Assembly: GCA_964036045.1 (NCBI GenBank)
Contig: OZ038378.1
Location: forward strand, 11,594,001 to 11,658,000
Reading direction: 5' to 3'
Origin: Eutreptiella sp. 'Long Island Sound 2002'
Lineage: Eukaryota; Protista; Euglenida
Length of the DNA: 64,000 nucleotides
Positions 51,260-62,895 of the stretch are shown piece after piece. The stretch's first letter is position 1; every line of letters starts with the position of its first letter. The translations under genes and the position numbers were made by a program. The notes under the pieces were generated by a model. The model was not told where the DNA came from. It searched no databases and was given only the letters and a program-made list of their open reading frames with translations.

Positions 51260-52130
51260 CTCCTTCAGTAGACCGGCGCACTGCAGGGGGAAGTGGGCAC
51301 TGGGGCTCCTTCAGTACACTACCACTGCATGGGGCAGTGGGCAATGGGTATTTTTCATTACACTGCCGCACTTCAGGGCGAGGAGGGCAATGGGCTCCTT
51401 CAGTACAATGCTGCACTACAAGGGGTAGTGGGCAGTGGGGCTCCTTCTGTACATTGCCGCACCGCAGGGGACAGGGGGTAGTGAGTAGTTTGTAGTACAC
51501 TATTGCAGCGCACTGAGAAGAGAGCAGCGGGGCTCCTTTAATACACTGTCATGTTGCAAGGGGCGATGGGCAGTGGGGCTCCTGTAGCACACTGCCGCAC
51601 TATAGGGGGCAATGGACCATTGGGCTCTTTCAGTGAAGTGCCACACTGCAGAGGCGAGTGGGCAGTGGGGCTCCTTCTATACATCGTACAATACTCTGTA
51701 CAGTGAGTGGGCTGTGTATATCCTGCATTACAATGCCGCACAGTAGGGCACTGCGGGGGTGGTGAGCAGTGCGGCTTTTTCTGTACATTGCCGCACCGTA
51801 GGGCGCAATGGGCAGTGGCTAGTCTTTAGTACACCGCCGCACTGCAAGGGCAAGTGCCACGTGGGACTGGCTCAATACAATGCCGCATTGTAGGAGACGT
51901 GGGCAGTGGGTCGTCTTCAGTACACAACCGTACAACAGTACACAACACTGCAGAGCGCTATGGGTAGTTGGACTCCTTCTGCACACTTCTGCACCGCGAT
52001 AGGCAATGGGTAGTGGGTGGTCTTCAATGCACCGCTGCATTGCAGGGAGCATGGGGCAGTGGTGCTCCTTAAGTGCGCCGCCGCACCCATCCCCTTGGTC
52101 CTCCGGTATTTTCCACAACTCCTCACTGCC
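51260..52130 (+). repeat. Long degenerate ~45-bp CACTGCAG/GGGCAGTGGG repeat block
   Basis: About 18 diverged units with CAGTACACT.CCGCACTGCA and GGGCAGTGGGGCTCCTT cores. Confidence 0.85.
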
Positions 52131-52149
52131 ATTGGCTACATCTCCATGA

Positions 52150-53870
52150 CCTAAGGAAAGGGGTAGGTCATACCCTCACCCCTTTTTAGGGGTGTGTGCT
52201 CCCTGGAAATGTTGCTTTGTGCCGACCCAAAGGTCCGTTCTAATTCAAATTCTAAATTTTTGGCCGATTTTGGAATTGGAAATTAGAACAATATTCTGGT
52301 AGAGATATTTAAAACACCTTTTGAGCACAAATTTTTGTGCAATGAGCTCCATCGAAGACCTTTCCAAACAGTGGTTGCCCTTAGTAGTGCGGCGAACATG
52401 ATGGACAACCATGTGGGTCCATTCCTTGCCTAATGGTTCTGCTCATCCCCTTGGGCACAACACCAACTCAGAGTGTGTCTTCCCGAATTGGCCCCAAGTC
52501 CACACCACTGCTTGGAAGGCAGCTGTGGCTGACTTTGCAAAGCACCTGCTCAACTCAACCACCGTTGTGAGCTTGGTATTGGACATTAGAGCCCCCCAAT
52601 TGGTTTCTGTCACCTGTTCGAGCTCATGACGCCGCAAGGGTTGCCCACCCCTCCTCCGTCTTAGGCCCCTTCCCCATGCCCCAACCCCAAAAGTGCCAAA
52701 GCCCCTCAAGCCCCCCTCAAGCTGTGCCCAACTGCCCCCCAAGCACCAGCATTACGACTTTGAGTTGTCCAACTTTGAGTCATCCGACACTGAAGTCCCC
52801 CAGCCCAAGCGGCTGTGCAGATGCGCAGAACTACGGTGGTGAGGTAAGGAGAAGGAGAAGGGGAAGGGGAAGGTGAAGGAGGAGAAGGAGAAGGAGACGG
52901 AGACGGAGACGGTGACGGTGAAGGCGGAGGAGAGAGAAGAAGGAAAAGGATGACTGGAAGAACCATGGGTTGCCGGTCGAGAGGGAGAGAGGCAGATGCC
53001 GTGGAGGGAGGGGAGGGTGGTGTCGGAGGTGATTGTGAGTAGGGTGAGGGACAGGTATTTGAGTGAGGGGGTTTATTGTGTGTGGTTGGAGAAGCCACAA
53101 AGGGGGAAGAACCATAAGAGGAAGTTGAGTTGGAGGGGGGCTTGCTCGATACGAGCAAGGGGGAGGCGGAACGGAAGTTGGCGGAGCACGAGGCAAAGGG
53201 CAGCAATGGGGAAGACAGCAACAACGATGGGGATGGGGATGGGGATAGGGATGGGGATGGAGATGGAGATGATGGTGGGGGCGATGGGGATGGCAAGGGG
53301 GCCGGAGAGGAAGCAAAGGCGGGGGAGGGGGAAGCAAAGGGGGGGGAAGGAGCAAAACAGGCACCTATTAACCCACAGCAAGCTCCTGCCCCCAAACCTG
53401 ACCAGCTTGACCCTGCAGGTGGCGGCGGTGGTGGTGCCGGTGCCAGTGGGACGGTGTGGAGCATGCCCGCCCCACCCCCCGCTAGTCCACCCAGGCCACC
53501 CACGCCAGGCAAGAAGCGCCAGACAGTCAAACGGAGTGTACAAAACTGTACATTGTGCAAAAATGCCAAATCTGGCATTGTTTCTGTATTGTTGCCTGTG
53601 CTGTTCTAAAAGCGTTCTAATTAGCTGTTATAAAAGCGTTCTAAAGCGCTTCACTTTTAGAATTAGATCACTGTTAGAACGCAATTTTGGAGCTGCGTGG
53701 ACCCCAGCATCATTTTTTGCAAAAAATGAGGTGAGGATCCTCCAGAACCCCCCAAATGCAAAATTTCCAGGCCCCATGCCAGGTGCCAAAAAGAGACCCC
53801 TAGGGGGAAAACCCACCAAAAGTTGCCGTTCTAACTCTCCTCATTGGAAATTGGAACAAAAATTTTAGAA
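52150..53870 (+). mobile_element. Possible decayed hAT derivative with an acidic/Gly low-complexity tail
   Basis: Across frameshifts, 52438-52520 reads LLIPLGT..NSECVF.ELA.VHT, resembling the hAT dimerisation motif. GA-rich simple repeats follow (52840-53350). Confidence 0.3.
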
Positions 53871-55000
53871 TGACCTTTGGTTGCAGCAGGTCTCTAGGGT
53901 GGGCACCGGCACACCTGACACCGTCAGGAAAACCGCCACAGGCGGTACCCGAGCCCTATCTTGGGGCTTCGCACCTGGCACCCAGCCTGCGAGTCTCTGG
54001 CTGGGGAGTACCCGGGGTGCAGCACTGTGTGCATGGGCCTGGGTGTGCTGTGGTGTGGTGTAGCACTGTGTGCATGGGCACGGTTGTGCTGTGGTGCGGT
54101 GCAGCACTGTGTCCTGGCAGGCCCCAAACACATCTTCATCTGGAAAAAGCGGGAGTCGCCGCTGTGAAAAAATGTTGTTCTTCTCAGTTGCTCTGACGTA
54201 ACACAAAAGTGACCCACAAAAAAAATGGAGGGGAGAGGTTTCCAAAACAGTCATGGCGTCGCTTACCTCATGAGCACACTTTGAATGCGCAGCCGACTCC
54301 ATCCCAACCAGCTGCACCACATCAGAAGCACACTGTGTCCATGCACACACTGCCGCACCGTTTGTGTGGCTATGGGAGTGCCAACAAACTCAAATCATTG
54401 GAGGGTCCGTTTTCCAAATCAACAGAAAATGCCTTGCACCCACCCACCCAATGGCCTGACAACAAGTATCCACTGCTGATTCTTGGCTTGCTGCATCTAG
54501 CAGGGCTTGTCCCCAATGCGCCCCCCGCCATATCCTTGGGAGTTGCCGGGGGGGGGGGGGGGGCATCCCCCACCACAACCACAACTACACACGCACACGC
54601 ACCCACACACAAATGCGAAGAGCCCAAACAACACGGCACACACAGTTTGTTGCACCAGACACCGAAAGATCCAGAGTGGGCAACGATATGACTTTCCGGG
54701 TTCAGGGCGTGGTGTGACTCTATCCAAGGAAAACCCCTGCTACTGTTATGCGCAGCAGAAATGCGCCTGGCCTCATGATAACAATGCTTCTGTGCTTTCA
54801 TTGGCCTGACGAAGTGTTTGGAGACCAGTGCATTGCCCTGCTGTGCCACTCTGCCCAGGGACGGGCGGGGCCATCATGTACTGCCTTGCAACATACACGC
54901 AAAATACACGCGGCTCACGAGGGCGCGCGCGCATCTCGCCCCACCATACACACGTGGTACGAGCTCGTCCCAAACATCGCCCAACACATGTGCACCAGAC

Positions 55001-55160
55001 CTGCCAGCGGACTGCAGGGCGCAGGTGCTGCACTGTGCACTTGGCGCCAGGGGGCAGTGTAAAATCCGTGATGCGCATCCGCACATTCTCAAACAACGTC
55101 CGTCCGGTCGCCTGGGGCGGGCCTGAACTGGCCAGTGCAGTCGCTGGCGGAGGTCCAGCA
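55001..55160 (-). CDS. Bicupin gene, most 5' exon found (N-terminal half of cupin domain 1)
   Basis: GACAG acceptor (position less certain) and CAG|GTCTG donor at 55000. Reads AGPPPATALASSGPPQATGRTLFENVRMRITDFTLPPGAKCTVQHLRPAVRWQ. No in-exon start codon before the domain, so an upstream exon is implied. Confidence 0.82.
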
Positions 55161-55595
55161 CTGTCGCATGAGAAGTGGACGGTGCATGGGCACGGCGGGA
55201 GCTTCCCTGGCCCAGTCATAAATCTTTACCCAGTCCCCTCACTTGCGCAAGCTGAGGTCACGGGAGACCGCGGTCAGAGCGGGATCGCACGCCGAGACAA
55301 GGCAGGGTCGTGCTGGGGTGCGACCCACAGACAAATGGTTGCGGTGATGGGGGACTCGTCACATCAGGATTCGGAGAACAGGGGCTGAGTCATGCCCAGG
55401 GATGTATTAGGAGGGGGGGGGGGTTGGCTGGGACACCCCTCCCCCTTGGGTCCCTTAAATCCTCTGGGCGCCGAAGCAAAATTTTGGCTGTCAGTCTCAA
55501 ACGTTGGAAGGGGAGGATGGGGGGGGAGGGGTTCAGGGGGGGGGGTACCCCCCTGTGTGACAGGACACTTTCTGAGTGTCTATTTTTTTTCGTGT

Positions 55596-57905
55596 ATGAC
55601 CGAGGCAGCCCTGACGCAACTACTGTCGCAATGCAACTGGAATACCTCAAATAAAACATTCACGACTCCTTTAACCGCAGCCTCTAAAGCTTTGCTTTCT
55701 CAGCACCTCATCACAATCCTGAATCAAATTACGCAACAGCGGTCAAAAGAAATCGTTGACGAAATGATGGAACAAGCCGTGAGCGACGACCCTATGACAA
55801 GAGGTCTGCAACTCTCTTCTGCAAACAATATTCTGGATCTCACTTCTAAGAGAAGCGCGCTACTTACCGAAAAGAGCAACTTGGAGAAATCCGGTCACCT
55901 CAACAGCCCTGAAAATGCCTCCTACGGACAGCGGCTAACACAATCTATCGATGATCTGGGCATCGCTATTCGAATGACCCTACAACAGCTAGAGATTGCA
56001 GAGGACAACCCACTTCTGAAAGCCCGTAAGAACTATTTTGACCTCATCACCCAAGCCAAGGAAGTGGAAAGTCAACATGAACAGCTTGGAACCGAAGTCA
56101 CCGCTGAGGATACCACCCGCCTTCAAAAACAGTGGACCATCATAAACTCGCAAATCGGGGAGGCAGAGAAGGCCATTTTCGACCTGCTTTGCAACCCTGA
56201 CTCTAAGGTATCAGATGTCATTTCTAAGCAGCAGGAACAGGTCATGCAACAACAAAAGGTGCTCTTACATCAGAGAGAAAAGGTTCACTCCAAGCTCTCA
56301 AACGCTTTGGGCGTCTCTCCGCTCAAAAAGAAAAAAAAGCCAGCCGAAGCCCAAGGGTCGGCTGACCACCCACCCCCCGCTACGGAACCAGGGATCTCCA
56401 TGACCCCTGCGAACATTCAGGCAGCCATTGATTTATGTGCTAACAAAAAAACCCTGCACGATCCTGAATTTCTGACCGCACTCATGGACTCTGAACAACA
56501 GCTCCTTATGATGCAATTTAATTGGCTGCAGGACTTTGTGGTCCTTCAAGCCACTGCCGCCTTCTCCACTGATGGTTCCCCCAAAAGTTGGAAAGGACTC
56601 ACGGATTTCACAGATGATGATCTCTCACAACATTTTGCCAACTCACACACTAACTTTTTGTTAGTCACGAGGGACACGGAACTCACGTCCTGTGTCAAAA
56701 CAGCGAATTTTCTATACACCAGGTTGCGGCCGAAACGAATCGACATTTTGGTCGACCTGACGCATCAACACAATTTCCCACAATGGTGTGACGCACAGTT
56801 ACAACACGCCTCTTGTACGCCACAGGCGTTTTCAAGACTTTCCAGACAGCTACAGGACACTGATGGACACTCCAGGGATTTTTTCGTTATTCTGCACACT
56901 GCTACTTCTATAGATCAAAGGCTGGAACCGGCCCGTTTCTCTACGAGATTGCTATCCCAGGGGCGAACCCTGGACCGCAAACCCTGCCAGTTGCCGGAGT
57001 CCCCTCTCCACTCCCATGCGGTGCATATGTCTGAAAAGGATATGACACAAACAATGCTGAAGCTAGGCATGACCGGGTCCCAATGTTTCAACATTCCGGG
57101 ACCGGTCAATCTGAGACAGCAAGGCATACAATCAAAAATCTTTTTGGTCAATCTTGATGCACCACAGTGCGCTAGCTTCACTGCTGATTTTAAAAAGTTG
57201 GATTTTTTCGCACTTATGAGCATGTCGGAATTCGACGGCTCTATTTTCCCTCATTGCCACACCGTTCTCGGTGTCTTCTATAAGAAGACCCACAAGGAAA
57301 ACGACGCCAAACATCTCTGGCGCAATGTCAAGCAAGCTCTCTCTGATATTTCTGACCCTACGTATCTGCAGGTCACCGGGTTTAACAAACTGCGGGTGGG
57401 CCTTTCCACTGAGTCCGCCACTGAGCAGTTCATATCTGGCCCCTATGTCCAAATGAAGGCCAATGGCCTACTGTTCAAGGACGAACGCCAGCGTGACTGG
57501 TTCAAAGGGGAATCCGACACGGAGTCAGTCTCTTCCGCCTCTTCCGCCTCGTCCTCACCGGAGGGGCGTTCTAATCTAAAAGTCGTTTATGACGTCCCCA
57601 TTTGGTTACAGGGCCCAGCCCTATTGTCTTTCCTCAATGAAAACGGTTTTCTTGCTGAATCAGCGGTCCGGTCAACATGGAACCCGGGACGCTTTTCCAC
57701 CGCCGCATGGCGAATAAAAGGCAAATTTGCCTCCGCAAACCAAAGCGTTATGCTTCATGACGAAGCTAAACAAATTTCAATTTCCATCATCCCCATAGAT
57801 GAGTTTAATAATCTCAAGCGTGAATCCATGGCCAACAGGAAAAAACCAGCTTCTGCTGAGTCCAAAAAGCCCTCTTACGCACAAACTGTGAAGCAGCCAA
57901 CATGA
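55596..57905 (+). CDS. LINE ORF1, 769 aa (coiled-coil N-terminus, possible RRM-like C-terminal region)
   Basis: First ATG inside the element opens a stop-free frame ending 4 nt before the ORF2 ATG. Q/E/L-rich heptad-like N-terminus. No CCHC knuckle seen. Confidence 0.85.
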   Translation: MTEAALTQLLSQCNWNTSNKTFTTPLTAASKALLSQHLITILNQITQQRSKEIVDEMMEQAVSDDPMTRGLQLSSANNILDLTSKRSALLTEKSNLEKSGHLNSPENASYGQRLTQSIDDLGIAIRMTLQQLEIAEDNPLLKARKNYFDLITQAKEVESQHEQLGTEVTAEDTTRLQKQWTIINSQIGEAEKAIFDLLCNPDSKVSDVISKQQEQVMQQQKVLLHQREKVHSKLSNALGVSPLKKKKKPAEAQGSADHPPPATEPGISMTPANIQAAIDLCANKKTLHDPEFLTALMDSEQQLLMMQFNWLQDFVVLQATAAFSTDGSPKSWKGLTDFTDDDLSQHFANSHTNFLLVTRDTELTSCVKTANFLYTRLRPKRIDILVDLTHQHNFPQWCDAQLQHASCTPQAFSRLSRQLQDTDGHSRDFFVILHTATSIDQRLEPARFSTRLLSQGRTLDRKPCQLPESPLHSHAVHMSEKDMTQTMLKLGMTGSQCFNIPGPVNLRQQGIQSKIFLVNLDAPQCASFTADFKKLDFFALMSMSEFDGSIFPHCHTVLGVFYKKTHKENDAKHLWRNVKQALSDISDPTYLQVTGFNKLRVGLSTESATEQFISGPYVQMKANGLLFKDERQRDWFKGESDTESVSSASSASSSPEGRSNLKVVYDVPIWLQGPALLSFLNENGFLAESAVRSTWNPGRFSTAAWRIKGKFASANQSVMLHDEAKQISISIIPIDEFNNLKRESMANRKKPASAESKKPSYAQTVKQPT

Positions 57906-57909
57906 CCTT

Positions 57910-60900
57910 ATGACGTCACATTCACAAAAACCAGCACACCACCAACCACCAGCGGTTGGACGTCCGACAGGAGACAACCAACAGCCAGTGGTTTATGCCG
58001 CAGCTCACACCAAAGTAGCCACTTTTAACGCCAACGGGCTGACCACCAAGGTCCCCGTCAGCAACAACTTTTCGGAAGATAGGCAGGTCCAGATATGCCG
58101 TTTTTTGTATCGTAACTCCGTACATGTAATGGGGCTTCAGGAAGCGCACATCAAGGATGATCAATGCCTTGAGCAGCTTACTGAACGGTTTAAGGACTGG
58201 GGGTTCGTCCTCCTTTCCAACCTGAGTCCCAAAGGTAGAGGGGGATCTGCACTGATTTTTCACAACACCTGGACACTCCTGAATTCGTATGCCATTGAAA
58301 AACGCAACCTTTTTGCTCAGCTGGTTGACCCCGATGGGGTCAAGCACCATTTCTGTGTTTATCATTTTCATCATGACGCAGTCGAAAGGCAGCGCCAATG
58401 GACCTTGCTGTCGCAAGTCTCGCCCACTCTCGTCCCGGGAGACACCATCTATCTGTCCGACCACAATTCGGTCACAGTCCCCTCAAGGGACATTTCTGCA
58501 CCGCATCTATCTTCTGAGCACTCCACTGTCATCGCCGCCCGTGAAGCGGAACTTGATTTTCTGACGAACCATCAGCTCATCGACACATATGCATGTTTCC
58601 ACAGTGGCAGACACTCCGATTTTGATTTGGAAGGCTGGACATGGGGCTTTGCCCCGGCCAAGCCGACTACGTCGGCTAGGCCCGACCTAGCCGCAAACGA
58701 GTGCGCCCCCGTCCTTGACAGGAGACGACGGATCGATAGAATTCTCCTTCACGAGAATTTTCAAAACTCCGTGGTAGAGTGCTATACCCGTTTTGTGGCC
58801 AATTCAGACCACAAGGCAGTTATTGCCTCACTGTCGGCCAAGCCTACCAAGCAAGGGAAGCGACTCAGAATCCCTACATCTTTCTTATCCTCGGAGGACA
58901 CCCTCCAACAACTACAGGCTGAACTGCACTCCATCAACACTGAAGGTTACTCCAAGTGGGCGGACGGTTTGGAATGTATCAAAACTGCAGCTTTCTCCTA
59001 TGAGAAGGCCAACAGAGCCACAGGCATCACGGAACTGCAATCTCTCTTGATGGTCTCTTCTACACATCACCTCTCGGAAGAGGCCTGGCGCTACCTCAAG
59101 GATCATGGGTACACCCCCTCATCCGCCAAAGCGGCTTATCAAATTTTAACAGCCCTGGCCGAACGGTCAGACACCGACCGTTCAGGGCAGCAGGTTCTGG
59201 ATAAGCTAAAAACTACCCTACACGACCCACATCATTTGCAACCATGGCGCCGCCGCCAAGAAATCTGGCGACTCACCAAACAACTACAATTCAAACGAAA
59301 ACTGTACTCTTTGCGCAATAGGTCCGGCCAGCTTCTGCCCGACCTTGAGTCCATGGTCTCTGAAATTGTTTCCTATTGGCAACAAACAATGAACCCCTCC
59401 GGAAAATCACAAATGGAGGTGAAGCCTTATCTCAAAACATTTTTCCGTGGCAAAAACACAGCATTGATGGCAAAAATGCTGATACAACCGCTGTCACTGG
59501 ACCTAGTGCACGCCGCGCTGGAGTCCTTGAACGGCACCTCGGCACCCGGAATTGATGGAGTACAGGTTTCCATCTACAAGGCCTTTTCGGATTTCTTTTG
59601 CCCTCTTATGCTTGACATTTACAAGGGCATTCTGGACTCTAACACACTCAACGATGATTGGTCCTTGGCACTTCTTAATCCCATTCCGAAAGGACTTGGG
59701 ACCGCTTCAGTACACAATCTACGGCCTTTGGTGCTGCAAAACACTTCACACAAATGGGTGGCAGCCATTCTTGCCCTGCAACTCAGAGATTACATTGATG
59801 CCCTCACCCCTATCCAGCAACGAGGTTTTATCAGGGGACGGTCCATTTTCACGAATCTGTGGCATACTTTTGGCTCCTGGAACTCCCCGGGGGACGCCCT
59901 GTTTTGCCCCATCGATTTCAAAAAGGCCTTTGATTCTGTTTCTCATGAGTATACCCGCATGTTCCTTAATCTAATGCAATTGCCAGACAGCCTAATTTCC
60001 CTATGTTTACTGCTGTTTACAGCGCCAATCTGTGTCCTTGTCCGTGATCACATTTACACAGACCACAAAATTCTCCCCCGTTCGGGTGTACGACGGGGGT
60101 GCCCCTTTTCGCCGTCTATATTTGCCATGCTCATTTCCCCCATCATCCACAAACTTATGGATTTGTCAGAACATGTGCAAGTTCTGCTCTACGCAGACGA
60201 CTTAATCATCATCATTGAATGCGACCCCACCACTGGGACAAGGGTGTTCCTCTTGGTCTGGAGCAGGGTTCAGGAATTCTCAACAGTTACAGGTTTGTAC
60301 ACAAACCTGGACAAGTCCAACATTCTGCTCAAGGGGCATTGGGACCCCATACACAGGGTTCAGCTCCTGAGCACAGGCCTCAGAGTAGTCGACAAATACA
60401 AGTACCTGGGCATTGTCCTTGGGGCTACCACAGCGGAGGAGGCCTATGGACCTGCACTCAGAAAAGCCACAGGTCGTGCGTTTTCCATGCAGTCGTGGTC
60501 CCTCTCACTCGCTGAAAGGGTGGAACTCCTCCAAAGCTGGATTCTCCCACTTTTGGTCTACCCGTCTCGTGTTGTCTACCCTACAGACAATGTCATCGCC
60601 GCGGTCAAAACAATTTATCGGGTTGCCCTCAAGCTCAGCAACTGGGGCATTACACTAGACATCCTGTCACACAGCAAAGAGCATGGGGGGCTCGAGCTGG
60701 CCCCCCCTGACACTTTCCTGCTTTGGCAATTTTCCACTATCTTTATTCGTCATGTCTACAAGGCCGAGGCCAATCCTAAATGTGTCACCGAGCCTTATGA
60801 GCGTTTTGCCACTGAGTATGGCATAAATGTCTCCCCGTCCACGCTCCACACTTTTCAAATGGGGAGCAATGTGGCTTGGCACAAAATGCCTTATCTGGCT

Positions 60901-62532
60901 TGGAGCGCACGAGCATATTCACTCGTCACTGCCAAAGTGACTTTCAACCGACCTGAAGCACTATCGTCTGACACTCCACTTTGGCACAACAGACTGTTTT
61001 CCAAGTCAGCATCCCTCACCTACTATTGCCCCCAGCTTATCCGGCAGGGGGTCATTACAGTGGGAGATTTAATCAACAACAGCACACATATTTCGCAGAT
61101 CGCACCCACTTGGGCCAGCATTTATCAGCAGGGAGTGTTTCATTATCACTCCTCAAATCTCGGCCAGGCACCCACGAACCCACCCCTCCACCCGGTTCCG
61201 GGAGCGGATGTGTGGTCTCGATGGACCACAAAATCCATGGCTTTGTTCCTCTGTTCCACTACCTCCCTGGCACCAAGGCAACCACCTGAGGTATGGAAGG
61301 CCTTTCACCTTTTCAACATTCCCGCACACCACAAAGACTTCATCAGACAGGTGCTATGGCTCCGCCTCCCTGTGGGGGAGCGGCAAAAAGACTGGAAACC
61401 GGATGACGTGTGGTGCCCAATTGACGGTGAGCTAGAGACAATCGACCACGCACGCACGGAGTGCTCCTTGCTCAAAGTCGCTTTTGACACTATTGCCAAA
61501 TGCTTTCCCACGGCCACTGTAGAGGAACGTCCAACCGCCCTGCTTTCCTCCTTCCTACAGTTTTCCTTTCAGTGCCCGACAGGCTTCCTGGCCTAGGCGG
61601 CGGTATACGCCAATTGGCAGGTCCGCCAAAAGAAAAAATACCAACGACAATATTCAGCTACCTGGTCCCGCTTTGTTTCTATTTGGATTGCCACCTTGAA
61701 ACTATGGGCTACATGTCCATCGAGCATCCCTATTTCTGATCATGACCTGCATCTTTTCATCGGAGCGCTACAGTCGCTACTCCATGATGGAGTGCTACAA
61801 CACCCCCATCTGCGTGTCACACCTCCCACTCCCCCGCCCAGCAAAAAACAACGCAAAGAAACAGCGCGCCGACTGCGCAAACAGCAACGGGCGGCGGAGC
61901 TGGAAGGAATTTTTGACACCCTCTCCGCGGACGGATACACCCTGGTTTTCACGGATGGCTCATCCGCCGAAACGGAAGGTGTGGGCCGGGTAGCAGGATA
62001 TGGCATCTACGCGCACCCTGACATCAGCATCTCTGCATATGTCCCGGTACACTTCCGGCAGACAAACAACACGGCAGAACTCTTGGCCGTGGTTCGGGCA
62101 TTGCAAATCCTCTCTTTTGGTAAAGTCGCTATTTGCACAGACAGTGAGTACGTCTTCCTGGGAGCCACTGGCGCGGCGCGCCGGTGGAAACTCAGGGGAT
62201 GGACGGGAAGCAGCGGTCCGGTTTCTAACGTTCCTCTCTGGGAACTTCTTCTGGACACCCTCAGTGCACACACAGGCTCCATCAAGTTTATTAAAGTGCC
62301 GTCCCATGTGGACATTCTAGGGAACAACGAAGCTGATAGATTGGCTGAACAGGGAAGGCTCTCCCATCCCAGATGCCCTGTACTTAAGACCCCGTCGCGG
62401 GACTTCATCATGCCCACGTACACCCCTCCCACCAAGCGACAGCGCAGGACCACTGTCGCCGAGCTGGATTCGATTGTGCAAGTTTTGAATTTTTCCCCTT
62501 ACAAACACAGTATGGGAGGCAGTGTGGTATAG
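57910..62532 (+). CDS. LINE ORF2: APE endonuclease - reverse transcriptase - Cys/His motif - RNase H (1540 codons) with one in-frame TAG at 61594-61596
   Basis: EN: ATFNANGL, LQEAH, SDHN, RIDRIL, SDHKAV. RT: APGIDG, QRGFIRGRS, IDFKKAFDSV, GVRRGCPFSP, YADD, KYLG. Cys/His motif: CPIDGELETIDHARTEC. RNase H: FTDGS, TNNTAEL, TDSEY, GNNEADRLA. Track ORFs 57910 and 61696 share one frame. Confidence 0.93.
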
Positions 62533-62590
62533 TGGTTAACATCGTCGGATGTCGTCACGTAGATCGCCGGTTCGAACCCGGCCTGTAGCA
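62518..62590 (+). ncRNA. tRNA-derived sequence (SINE-head-like), probably not a functional tRNA
   Basis: A-box TGGTATAGTGG at 62525-62535. Perfect T-arm GCCGG-TTCGAAC-CCGGC at 62566-62582. Acceptor and anticodon stems pair poorly. Confidence 0.7.
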
Positions 62591-62823
62591 GTGCTCCCCC
62601 CCACCGGCCTCGCCCGACAGGGGACTGGGGCCCCTCCCGTTTCTATCTATTTTTACACATTGGCCTGGTCTATTTTCTTAATGCGCTGTTTTAGTTACAT
62701 ACACCATCATCAACTAGCAAAAATGTGCCCGGCCACCTGCAGCAGTGCGCCCCGCCACCGCCCACGCCCGATGGGAGGCTGCCACCCCACCCGTTGCTTG
62801 CCCTTGCCCGAGCCTCCGCGGCT

Positions 62824-62895
62824 CGGGCGGTGGGGTTCGAACCTGGGACCAGCGCCGCTGGAATCCAGGGTGCTTCCACTGAAGCACGGGGCACC
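62824..62895 (-). ncRNA. Second tRNA-derived sequence, opposite orientation (Trp-like CTGGATTCCA segment)
   Basis: Minus strand GGTGCCCCGTGCTTCAGTGGAAGCACCCTGGATTCCAGCGGCGCTGGTCCCAGGTTCGAACCCC: D-arm-like hairpin GTGCTT/AAGCAC and B-box GGTTCGAACC. Cloverleaf incomplete. Confidence 0.6.

Noticed and set aside
52706-53868. Several long overlapping ORFs (Pro/Ser- or Gly/Asp-rich)
   Set aside because: They arise from GA-rich simple repeats that lack stops in several frames.
54100-54200. Extra bicupin exon (RRLPLFPDEDV)
   Set aside because: The 72-bp exon at 50876-50947 already completes domain 1 in phase.
36388-55160. Euglenid non-canonical (non GT-AG) introns
   Set aside because: Every junction I could reconstruct is GT-AG, so there is no evidence for them here.
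55392-55595. N-terminal extension of ORF1 shown in the ORF track
   Set aside because: It is MITE and TSD sequence read in frame by chance. The element's first ATG is at 55596.
62518-62895. Functional tRNA genes
   Set aside because: Acceptor and anticodon stems do not pair properly, so they are called tRNA-derived only.
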